NCBI GenBank assembly: GCA_965197865.1
Contig: CBDANZ010000005.1
Span: forward strand, 846,028 to 910,027
Length of the DNA stretch: 64,000 nucleotides
Source: Vicinamibacterales bacterium
GTDB taxonomy: Bacteria; Acidobacteriota; Vicinamibacteria; Vicinamibacterales; CAVVIG01
Direction: 5' to 3'
The notes under the pieces were generated by a model that did no database searches, had not been told where the DNA came from, and worked only from the letters and a program-made list of their open reading frames with translations. The position numbers and the translations under genes were made by a program. Positions within the stretch are counted from its first letter, which is position 1, and the number at the start of each line of letters is the position of its first letter. This document shows, piece by piece, positions 1 to 8,796 of this stretch.

Positions 1-2
1 CG

Positions 3-1096
3 ATGAGCGTCAGAGTAGTTCCTTACACGAATGGCGGCTTCGAGGTGGACATTCGCCTCCGGCTGCCGAACGGGTTGCGGCATCGAGCGCGGCGAGTTCT
101 CTCGCATTCCTCGAAGTCGGCGGCTCAACGATGGGGTGCGGACCGTGAGCGATATCTCTTGCAGCACGGTCCTGCCCAACCACCGAAGGAGGTGCCTACC
201 ATCGAACAGTTCGCACCCAAGTTACTGGACGGATATGCGAGGCAAACCGTCAGAAGCCGAGCGGAATCGAGGCAAGAGAGACGATCATCCGCATGCATTT
301 GGTTCCGTTGCTCGGCGCCAAGAGGTTGGATGCGATCAGCAATGAAGTCGTTCAGGGCCTGAAACACGCGCTCCAAGACAGAGCGCCGAGAACCGTCAAC
401 AACGTGCTGACCGTGCTGAACAAGCTACTGAAAACCTCCGTCGAATGGGCCGCAATAGACCGGGTACCCTGCACGATCCGGCTGCTGCTGCTTCCCAACT
501 CCTCAGCGGCCTTTCACGACTTCGACGAATACGAGCGGCTTGTTGCGGCGGCCAAGTCAGACCCTAACGCCTATCTAATTATCCTCATGGGCAGCGAGGC
601 TGGCCTTCGGTGCGGTGAAATGATGGCTCTCGAATGGTCCGACGTGGACCTCTCGAAGGGGCAATTGTGTGTTGAACGCTCGGAGTGGAAGGGTCACCTC
701 ACAATCCCGAAGGGCGGACGGTTGCGTTATATCCTGCTCACCACGCGGCTGACGACCGCACTCCGCGAGCACCGGCACCTGCGCAGCTCGCGTGTGCTCT
801 GCGAGAGCGATGGCGCTCCGCTGAGCCGACAGCAGGTCCAGTACCGCGTCAAACGCGCCGCTCGGCGAGCGAACGTCGAGGACGGTGTTCATGTCCTTCG
901 TCACACGTCTTGCTCGCATCTCGCCATGTGTGGGGCACCAGGGCGGGCCACCCAAGAACTCGCGGGGCATAGTGAGTTGGGCACAACCCAACGCTATATG
1001 CACCTGAGTCCGATGGCGCTCGATGCGGCGATTCGGCTACTGGATCAGCGGCCCGTCCGTTCCGACTCGGGGAGACAGTGGGGAGACGGTCGCTGA
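3..1096 (+). pseudogene. Tyrosine recombinase/phage integrase, 1-nt frameshift near 242 (N-terminal arm-binding part 3-~242; catalytic domain 293-1096)
   Basis: Catalytic motifs GLRCGE, HVLRH, LAGH, QRYMH. Colinear paralog of the intact integrase at 28856-29995 (GYAR-ANR-KPS restored by a frame change). Lies next to a tRNA-Ser 3'-end repeat. Confidence 0.9.
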
Positions 1097-1132
1097 GGCC
1101 ACAGCGAAGGCCAGCGGTTAGAAGGACTTAAC

Positions 1133-1159
1133 TGGCGGTGAGGCAGGGATTCGAACCCT
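1133..1159 (-). repeat. att core: 27-bp duplicate of the tRNA-Ser 3' end
   Basis: tggcggtgaggcagggattcgaaccct is identical to 30012-30038. Confidence 0.95.
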
Positions 1160-1286
1160 AACGATGGATTTCTCTAACGCAGTGATGGGACACAACTTCT
1201 GGTCACAAGGGTTTATTTCCCTGTCGCTTACGGCCTACTTGTTCTCCTCTCTAGTCCCCGTGAGTCCTCAGGAGTAGACCCGAGTA

Positions 1287-1303
1287 GTGGAGAGATAGCG
1301 GAG
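1287..1303 (+). promoter_or_regulatory. Putative integrase arm-type binding site
   Basis: gtggagagatagcggag is identical to 29949-29965 at the other island end. Confidence 0.6.
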
Positions 1304-1396
1304 TGGGCGTCGCAATAGCAACGGGCCCAGGGTCGTTGCAGGCGCGCTACCGACAGGCCGTTCATGCGGACGCCTCGCCGGCCGAATCGACAGCCG

Positions 1397-1560
1397 TCAG
1401 ACTTTTTTGAGCAGCCGGTTGTCCAGAACCGTCTCCGCCCCCAGCAGCTTCAAGTGGGCATGCTCTGGCCGCAGATCGACGACGTCAGTCGACGTCGCCT
1501 CGCGCGTGGTGTCGCCCACGAGGCGCTTCTTCCCGGCCTCGAGAAACTTTGTACTCCAGC
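1397..1560 (-). pseudogene. IS3-family transposase OrfA remnant
   Basis: RWSTKFLEAGKKRLVGDTTREATS...LLKK resembles the OrfA C-terminal half; 5' part missing. Confidence 0.7.
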
Positions 1561-1693
1561 GTTGGCGCTTGAAACACCGTAACGTATTCCAAGACAATGA
1601 CTTGTAACTTTCCAATCGATCGCCTCCCCTCATCGTGTCCCTCGTTCTCAATCGAATGCCAGCGGGCCTAGAACACCGTGTGTGGACGCCTCC

Positions 1694-1949
1694 GTACATG
1701 CAAGCGTTTTTCTTCGGATGGTTCGGGCATGCGGTCAGGTGCTATCGTGTGTCCGGCCTCATTGATTGCGGCTGTCACACGCCGCGGGCCTGTATGAAGA
1801 TACGCGGGTCGAGTCCAAAATCGTCCATGTGTGCTCGAAGGCACTAGGTGTTCTTTCTGGCTTTCCCGACCCCGTCTCGGTGACCGTTTGCCCGTACCCT
1901 CCTCCGACCTGTTCGCATGCCCGACGGCGCCGCACCGGCTCCTGCCTGC
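1694..1949 (-). ncRNA. Putative bridge/seek RNA of the IS1111-type element (exact ends unknown)
   Basis: Stem-internal loop-hairpin at 1806-1872 with 8-nt guides AGAACACC and CATGGACG matching the flanking target; a second loop partly matches the circle junction. Confidence 0.75.
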
Positions 1950-2974
1950 TCAGGCGGTGACGGCCGACGCCCGGTAGTCTTCGTGCTTCGTCATCAGTGC
2001 CCAGGCGATGCGCGCCATCGGTTGGCCAGCGCCACCGCGACCAGCATGCGCGGCTTGTGCATCAGCATCTGGGCGAGCCAGGGGTCCTTCGTGGCGCCGT
2101 GCCACACGGCCCAGCGAAGTGTCGCCATCGCGCCGGCGACCAACAGCCGCCGGAGGTCGCGCTGACCCATCTTCGAGATCGTGCCGAGCTTCGGCTTCCC
2201 GCCGGTCGAGCGCTGCCAGGGAACCAAGCCCAACCACGCCGAGAAGTCCCGGCCGCGCCGGAAGCTCTCCATCGGCGGCGCGAAGGCCTGGGTCGCCATC
2301 GCCGAGAGCGGCCCGATGCCCGGGATGCTCATCAGCCGCACCGTCTGTTCGTCTTCGCACGCCTGCTCACGCAGTTCCTGCTCCAGCCCCGCGATCTTCT
2401 CGTCGAGCTCGGCGACCTGACCGAGCAACAGCGCACCCAGCTCCCGGACCGGGTCCGGCAGCCCCGAATCGGCATCCTCAATCGCCGCTGCCAGCCGCCC
2501 CAGATGCGCCGGTCCCCGCGGTGCAATGACGCCGAACTCGGCCAAGTGTCCCCGCAGCGCGTTACTCGTCTGCGTGCGCTGACGCACCAGTAGCTCGCGC
2601 ATGCGGAACAGCATGCCCCACGCCTGCTGCGCCTGCGTCTTCACCGCCACGAAGCGCATCGTCGGTCGCGAGGCCGCCTCGCAGATCGCTTCCGCGTCGG
2701 CCGCGGCGTTCTTCTGCCGTTTCACGAACGGCTTCACGTAGACCGGCGGGACCAGCTTCACCGCATGACCGAGCTGCCCGATCCGGCGGCCCCAGTGGTG
2801 GGCACTCGCGCATGCCTCCATCGCCACGACGCATCGCGGGTGCGACGCGACAAAGTCCAGCACCTTGTCCCGGCTCAGCTTCTTGCGAAAGGCAATCGAC
2901 CCGTCTAGCCGTGCGCCGTGGAGCTGAAAACTGCGCTTCGCCAGATCGATCCCGATGATGGTAGCGTGCTCCAT
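1950..2974 (-). pseudogene. IS110-family DEDD recombinase (transposase) with a C-terminal frameshift near 2020
   Basis: IIGIDLAK, AMEAC, KNAAADA, GLVPWQRSTGGK motifs; RBS ggagg before ATG 2974. The natural C-terminus MARIAWALMTKHEDY is in another frame ending at 1950. Confidence 0.88.
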
Positions 2975-3636
2975 TGGATGCCTCCTCCTCCAGGTGGTGT
3001 ACCGATACCTCCACCTTGGCACATCGCGATACCGTCGGGAGGAGGCGTCCACCCCATCATCCATGGACGGATTGAGATCGTGGACCCACGAGTACCGCCA
3101 TCGCAGATCAGCGCCCCGGCGCCGTCCCCAGCCGTTGAGCCCTTCGTGGAGCTTCACGAGCAGCCGATACGGCTGCCCGCTTCGAGCCGTGCCGCCTCGT
3201 CGCGCACCGGAGTGCCCTGGTCGTCGCGGGCCGTCCTGGTTGGCCCGCGCCTCGGCGAGCGAGACGAGCGCGCCGCTGCCGAGCCCGAGTTCGCGGCGGT
3301 GACTCCTCTGCGCCGGTGACTCCGCGTCGCCGTGACCATCCTCGTTTCCCCAGCCGGCCATTGACGGCTGGCCGTCGGGTGTGGTCAACAGTGTCCTGAA
3401 CCGGAACTCTCGTCGATGCGAGCGTTCACGTAGTCGACGTCAGATTCTGTGCTGCGCTTTCGGGATTCCGGGCCTTGCAAAACGCGATCGGAGGACCGTC
3501 AGCGGGCCAGAACCACGCCGGCAGCCTATGATCGGAGAGAGCATCACCGATCGGAACCCACTCTCCGCGTTTACCTATGCAGATCAGACAAGACAGGGGC
3601 ACCCCGTGGCGGGCCGCTCAAGAGCCGCCGCTAGGC

Positions 3637-4224
3637 TTAGTAGTCGCTGTCGGGTGTGTACGGCCGGCTCCAGAGCACGATGTGCAGAACCACCGACTTG
3701 AACCAAGCCTCGTACATCAGGTCGACCTCATCCTTGGTGTGTCCCTTGTTTTCCAGAAACGGGCGAATGGTCGCCATGATAGGATAGATGAACGCGATCA
3801 TATAGCGCAAGGGGACGATCGGGGCTGCATCCACGTCATCCGTCTTGTTCTTCTTGGCGCGGTGGTGCCGCAGCGCGACCTCGTGCTGGTAGTCCAGCCA
3901 CGATTGGTCATGGTCCCGCTCGCATGTGTCACGAATCCACTGCCCGAAGCGCTCGCGAACCGCCGCCAAGTAGTTGCCGACAGGCTCTCCGTCCTCGCCG
4001 GCGAAGTAGGCGAGAAGGTGCGCGTTCGAGCCGACGAAGCCGTACCAAACGTCCAACACGTCCTCAACTTGGTCGCTGAGAACTGCGCCGGCTCGCCGCA
4101 ACGCCGAGCGGTCCTCGTCGGTGAACAAGAGTGTCTCTTGGATCAAGCCAAGGTCCTCTAGAGAGAGTGGCGAGCGAGCCAAGTCAGCCGCTCCGTAGGT
4201 GTATCCGGGAATCGAAGTAGACAT
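3637..4224 (-). CDS. Protoglobin (single-domain globin)
   Basis: IPGYTYG N-terminus, LDVWYGFVGS, WLDYQHEVALRHHRAKKNKTD, PLRYMIAFIYP and LWSRPY are typical protoglobin motifs; ggagg RBS. Confidence 0.92.
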   Translation of the reverse strand: MSTSIPGYTYGAADLARSPLSLEDLGLIQETLLFTDEDRSALRRAGAVLSDQVEDVLDVWYGFVGSNAHLLAYFAGEDGEPVGNYLAAVRERFGQWIRDTCERDHDQSWLDYQHEVALRHHRAKKNKTDDVDAAPIVPLRYMIAFIYPIMATIRPFLENKGHTKDEVDLMYEAWFKSVVLHIVLWSRPYTPDSDY

Positions 4225-4359
4225 AAGTCCTCCAAAAATATGTATAGAGTCGATACTTACGTGCAGGATAGACGACCGCCGTTCCGCCCTCCCTTTGTCA
4301 AGCTCTGCATCCGATAATTCTCCCACCCTTTCCGACGGCAGGACAACCGCAACCCTGCC

Positions 4360-4800
4360 ATTCGAGCAGCCGGGTACACGGACTGAATCCAATGTCCGTC
4401 ATCTCGTGAAGTCGTCGTACCGGTTCTAAGAGACGGTGACGCCGAAGCTTGCGCGCGGTCGAACGCGGTTCGCACGCCAACCTCGATGTTGTCGCTGGTC
4501 TCCGCCCGCAGATTCGCTTTCGGCAGCGTCGTGTACCCGCCGCGCGGATTGGTGAAGCCGGTCTCGTGCGGGCCGCGCAGCTCCCAGCCGCCGATGCGAT
4601 GATCGATGGCGGCGCCATCGGCCGCTAGGGCGATTCCCCGCAAGCGCGGCCCGCGAGCAAGCTTCTCCCATGTGCGCCCGGGCGAGAGCACGAGTCGGCG
4701 GAACCCGGGGCTGGTGTTCTCGATGGAATGCGCGTGGACGCGACCGATGAGGCCGCCGTAGACGTACAGCGCGCCCTCGTGAGAGATCACGACGCCGATC
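4360..4800 (-). pseudogene. Chimeric remnant: kelch-protein N-terminal fragment fused to a TonB-receptor fragment
   Basis: About 4360-4566 is homologous to 6950-7150. About 4566-4800 is homologous to 12090-12110 plus 12280-12480. Confidence 0.85.
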
Positions 4801-4908
4801 AATGATACCTGGGCCGCCTCATTGCTGAGTACCGCCCTCCAGTCGGTCTTTGGCGTCCCGCGTGGTGGCAGCGCCGATCGCGGGAGAGCAGCGGAATCGA
4901 ACCCTGGG

Positions 4909-5547
4909 TCAGTCGATCGTGACGTACCGCTCCAGGCGCTCGACTTCGTCGTCATCGACATACTTGCCGATCTCCCGACGGAACTGCTCGATCTGACGGT
5001 AGGGCCGATACTCTTTGAACTCGCGAAGCATCCGGTTGCCCAGACTTAGAATCGAGAGAATATCCGCGTCGCTCGCGGTGTTCAGATTGATTGGGACGAA
5101 GACGAATTGCTCCAGGCGCGCCACCTCGTCGTCGTTGACATACTTGCCGATCTCTCGACGGAATTCCGCCATGTGAGCGTAAGGTCGGTACTCCTCGAAC
5201 TCATGGGCCATGCGTGCGCCGACACCGGGAACCAAGAGAATCTCTTCTTCCGTCGTCGCGTTCAGGTTCAACGGCAGAAACAGCCGGGAGTAGAGCTCGT
5301 CCTGCGCGGCTTCGTCCAGGGACCGCCCAACCAGCGCGTGGACCTCGAGCATGTTCCGAAACGGGCGCCCGTCGACGATTGTAGACGCACGGGCTGCGTT
5401 CATGTGCGGCAGCGCACTGAGTTCAGCTTCGGTTGCGGTATTCGGATTCAGCACGCCCATGTTACGACCGACCTGCGCGTGGACCAGCGCAATGCATGGC
5501 AGAACAAGCGACACCGCAAGAAATCGGATCAAGATTCTACATGTCAT
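4909..5547 (-). CDS. Secreted protein with three helix-hairpin-helix (ComEA-like) repeats
   Basis: Signal peptide; three LN(P/L)NTA/AT...LP-GxG type units; duplicated EFxEYRPY...FRREIGKYV block. Confidence 0.85.
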   Translation of the reverse strand: MTCRILIRFLAVSLVLPCIALVHAQVGRNMGVLNPNTATEAELSALPHMNAARASTIVDGRPFRNMLEVHALVGRSLDEAAQDELYSRLFLPLNLNATTEEEILLVPGVGARMAHEFEEYRPYAHMAEFRREIGKYVNDDEVARLEQFVFVPINLNTASDADILSILSLGNRMLREFKEYRPYRQIEQFRREIGKYVDDDEVERLERYVTID

Positions 5548-6046
5548 CGTGTGCCTCGTATGCGTCGTGAGACGAACGCTCCGTCTCCCGAGTTACCGAA
5601 AATATAGGATGCCGAAAGGTATACAGGAGTCCGACCACGCCCAGCTGCACCATCGTGCCTGGAGCCAACAGCGGCATCGCGCCGGTCAAAGACTCCCAGA
5701 TCAATTCCCGCCTCGTCGCCGATGGGTTCATCTCTAGCTCGAATTCCACATTGCTTTGATAGTGTAGGTAGATGCCAAGAGTGCCGGAAGCGACAAACAG
5801 AAACATGGACACCTGAAAGACCCGGAGGATGACCCGCACGCGGATCAGGATCCACGCCGCCAGGAAGGCCAGGGCCAGGAGGATCATTCCTCCGGGAATG
5901 AGTTGGGGCAGCTCGGCGTAGTGTCCCAGCAACATCAATTCGATTCCCGTGCCGAGGGTACCGAGGAAAAACACCGCCAGCAGCATGCCGCGGAGGACAC
6001 GTACGGTCTGGGTGTCGCGGGCATCGGAAACAGCAGAACCGGGCAT
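5537..6046 (-). CDS. Hypothetical membrane protein (about 4 TM), overlapping the HhH gene start
   Basis: Hydrophobic helices; conserved-looking ELMLLGHY, LHYQSNVEFELEM and PLLAPG. Confidence 0.75.
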   Translation of the reverse strand: MPGSAVSDARDTQTVRVLRGMLLAVFFLGTLGTGIELMLLGHYAELPQLIPGGMILLALAFLAAWILIRVRVILRVFQVSMFLFVASGTLGIYLHYQSNVEFELEMNPSATRRELIWESLTGAMPLLAPGTMVQLGVVGLLYTFRHPIFSVTRETERSSHDAYEAHDDM

Positions 6047-6215
6047 TAGTTCAGTTCAGAAGCTTTCCCTGGATTGACGCTTGGGCTTACGCGTACTTTC
6101 ACCAGTTGATCTTGCGCTGTCGTAACACCAGTGCCGGCGGACTTGCGGATCGTGGCGTGCTACCCACCGGCGCCGGGCCGCATCGTGGGACCGGACAGCC
6201 AGTCTCCTGCCCCAG

Positions 6216-6422
6216 TCAATGCGTGGCGCACTCGCGGACGGCCCCGCGTGTAAGCAGCCGGATGTGGGCTTCGCAGATGAGCGTCGCCAGCTGACGAAAT
6301 TCCTCAGGCTTGAGCGTTAGTGTGACGCGGTTCACGCGCAGATGGAGAAGGCCGTACCCGCACTGATACACGGCCAGCTCCGATCCTTTCGCCAACGTCT
6401 CCGATTCGTAATGACAAAACAT
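6216..6422 (-). CDS. Small hypothetical Cys/His protein (68 aa) downstream of the TonB receptor
   Basis: RBS ggaagggg before ATG 6422; CGYGLLHL...VTLTLKPEEF motif; 34 bp after the receptor stop. Confidence 0.6.
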   Translation of the reverse strand: MFCHYESETLAKGSELAVYQCGYGLLHLRVNRVTLTLKPEEFRQLATLICEAHIRLLTRGAVRECATH

Positions 6423-6456
6423 GCGTTCCCCTTCCAACCTGCCGCGTCGGCCGCCG

Positions 6457-8796
6457 CTACCAGTCGTACCCCAGGGATGCGACGGCGCTGATGCCGGGGC
6501 TCGAGTACCGATCAATCACCGGGTCGTTTGCCTGACGTCCGCGCACGTTCCACCACGCAAAGTATTTGGTGTCCGTCAGGTTGAGTAGGCCAAGGCGAAA
6601 GGTGAGGTCCTGGGCGAGCGAGACAAAGCCCACGAGATCGACGACCTGGTAGGCGTCCGGCGCGAACTGCTCCTCGTCGCCGTGCCGGTAGGACTCGACC
6701 ATGCGGACGGACAGCTCGCTGCCCCAGCGGCCCGAGGGACGGACGTAGCGGAGGCCCAGCACCCCTTCATTCGGCGCAATGGACCCGAGCGGCGTCTCTT
6801 CGGCGAGCGCCTGGACCGCGGCGGCCTTCGAGATTTCGACGCCGTCGATGTGCGCGTAGCTCCCGCGAATCATCACGCTGTCGGTCAGATACGCCTCGCC
6901 GCGCAGTTCGACGCCCGTGATCTCTGCTTCTTCGAGGTTCTGGCTCTGAAATTCAAGCAGCCGGGTACGCGGGTTGAACCCAATGTCCGTCATCTCGATG
7001 AAGTCGTCGTATCGGTTCGAGAAGGCGGTGATACCGAAGCTCGCGCGGTCGAATGCGGTGCGCACGCCCACCTCGATGTTCTGGCTGATCTCCGCGCGCA
7101 GATCTGGATTCGGCAGCGTCGTGTAGCCGCTGCGGGGGTTGGCGAACCCGGTGTTGATGGCGCTGTAGGGCGGTGCCAGGAATCCACTGGCGTACTGCGC
7201 GTGCAGGGTCACGACGTCTGTCACCTGCGCTGCCACGCCGAGCTTCGGCGACACCGCCGCGTCGGAGAAGTCGGCTGCCGTGGGATTGAGGCTCGCGATG
7301 TAGACCGGGTCGTCCTGGTTGGCGTCGAGCGTGAACTGGTCGTAGCGCACCCCGGGCACGAGCGTCACGCGACCAAACTTGAGCTCAGCCTGGAGGTACG
7401 CGCCGGCTTCGACGACGTCGCTTTCGGGGAAGTACTTGGTCGGGAAGATCAGGCTCGTCGGCACCGGCGCCCCGGTGATTGTGTTGGTCTCGCTCCGGTC
7501 TCGCCAGATGTCGAAGTGGTCGGCCTTGTAGCTCGCGCCGAACGTGACCAGTGCGCCGTCATCCGGATCGCCCAGCCACTTCTGGCCCTGCGCCGATCCA
7601 CCGTAGCCGACCTGCTCGTAGTCGAGCGTGCCGTGCCGCAGAGAAGGGGTTGGCGGTCCGAAGCCGAAGGTCATGCGGTGGCGGTCGATGACCTGCGACG
7701 TGTCGTTGAACTGGCGGTATACACGCCACGACAGTTGGTCGAGGCCGCGGTCAACGAGCGTGTGGTCGAGCGAGAGACGCCGGCGGTCTTGCGTGTCGAC
7801 GGCATCGGCATCCAACGTGTGATATGAGAGAAACCCTAAGTCCAGCAGTCCCCGATCCGAGAACCACTCCGTCTCGATGTGGGTGTTGTACAGCTCGGCT
7901 GCCGCACGCCACGTGTTGCCGGGCGCAGCGGTGAAGACGAGTTTGGCCAGCAGCTGTGTGCCCCGAACGTCCTGCGGATTTGGCACGGTACGGGTGTCGT
8001 CGGCGGTGTCCACGGTTCCCTGGTTGCCGATCTCGTGGCCCCGGCTGACGCTTGTGAAGAGCGAGCCCTGGAGCCGGTCTGTTCCGCCCGCAAGCGCGAG
8101 GTTCCCGCTGACGTGACCCGCGCGGCCATCCCACGTCGTCTTGGCGCCGATGTGGAACCGCTGGCCGCGGAGGTAGTCAGCGGGATCCTTGGTGAACAGC
8201 GACACGACGCCGCCGAGGGCATCGCCGCCGTAGAGCGCCGAGTTCGCGCTCCGCACGATCTCGACTGACTTCAGCGCGTCGAGATCGAGTCCCACTTGAT
8301 GGACGTTGAACGGGCCAAAGTCGAACTGCTCTGACGTTTGCACGCCATCCACCTGGGTCATCACGCGATTCCCGCCGATGCCGCGGATGTTGAAGCCGTT
8401 GAGACCGAGACGGGTCACGTGGTTCTCGATGTAGACGCCCGGTTCGTACTTGACGAGGTCGGCGAAGGTCTCGATAAGCCGGGCCTGGATAACCTCGCTG
8501 TCGATGACCGAGACCATACCTGGGGTTTCCCGTACCGGTGCCGGCCGGAGCGTCGCCGTCACGGTCACGAAATCGAGAAAGGTCAGCAGATCATCGGTCG
8601 ACGGCGCGTCGGCGGGTTCCATGGGGGCGCCCGGTTGGTCGGCCGCCTGCTGCTCGGTCGACTGCCGGCTGGCCGTGTCCTGCTGCGCCGATGCGGCACC
8701 CGGGTTGGCCAGGACCATCAACAGCGCCGCGAGCGCGACCGCCACGGCTGTTCCAGGTCCACGGCCGATCGGTAGGGGTTGTTGTGTGAGTGCCAC
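6457..8796 (-). CDS. TonB-dependent receptor, hemoglobin/heme-receptor type
   Basis: Signal peptide, VTVTAT, plug NIRGIGGNRV, SVEIVRSANSALYG, FLAP/NPDL (FRAP/NPNL-like), terminal aromatic YDW. GTG start after aggag (start inferred). Confidence 0.9.
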   Translation of the reverse strand: MALTQQPLPIGRGPGTAVAVALAALLMVLANPGAASAQQDTASRQSTEQQAADQPGAPMEPADAPSTDDLLTFLDFVTVTATLRPAPVRETPGMVSVIDSEVIQARLIETFADLVKYEPGVYIENHVTRLGLNGFNIRGIGGNRVMTQVDGVQTSEQFDFGPFNVHQVGLDLDALKSVEIVRSANSALYGGDALGGVVSLFTKDPADYLRGQRFHIGAKTTWDGRAGHVSGNLALAGGTDRLQGSLFTSVSRGHEIGNQGTVDTADDTRTVPNPQDVRGTQLLAKLVFTAAPGNTWRAAAELYNTHIETEWFSDRGLLDLGFLSYHTLDADAVDTQDRRRLSLDHTLVDRGLDQLSWRVYRQFNDTSQVIDRHRMTFGFGPPTPSLRHGTLDYEQVGYGGSAQGQKWLGDPDDGALVTFGASYKADHFDIWRDRSETNTITGAPVPTSLIFPTKYFPESDVVEAGAYLQAELKFGRVTLVPGVRYDQFTLDANQDDPVYIASLNPTAADFSDAAVSPKLGVAAQVTDVVTLHAQYASGFLAPPYSAINTGFANPRSGYTTLPNPDLRAEISQNIEVGVRTAFDRASFGITAFSNRYDDFIEMTDIGFNPRTRLLEFQSQNLEEAEITGVELRGEAYLTDSVMIRGSYAHIDGVEISKAAAVQALAEETPLGSIAPNEGVLGLRYVRPSGRWGSELSVRMVESYRHGDEEQFAPDAYQVVDLVGFVSLAQDLTFRLGLLNLTDTKYFAWWNVRGRQANDPVIDRYSSPGISAVASLGYDW

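Larger units (their letters stand above)
1679..3059 (-). mobile_element. IS110-family (IS1111 group) insertion sequence
   Basis: 12-bp sub-terminal IRs gtggacgcctcc (1682-1693) and ggaggcgtccac (3041-3052), 3 and 7 bp from the inferred ends. No TSD. DEDD recombinase plus a long downstream non-coding region. Confidence 0.9.

Noticed and set aside
1133-1159. Additional tRNA genes here and at 44931-44958
   Set aside because: Only the T-arm and acceptor 3' half is present, so these are att duplications.
2975-3388. N-terminal extension of the 464-aa IS110 ORF
   Set aside because: It runs past the IS end at 3059; the real start is the RBS-preceded ATG at 2974.
4360-4566. DGR template/variable repeat pair with the TonB gene
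   Set aside because: Differences are not restricted to adenines, indels are present, and there is no reverse transcriptase in the window.
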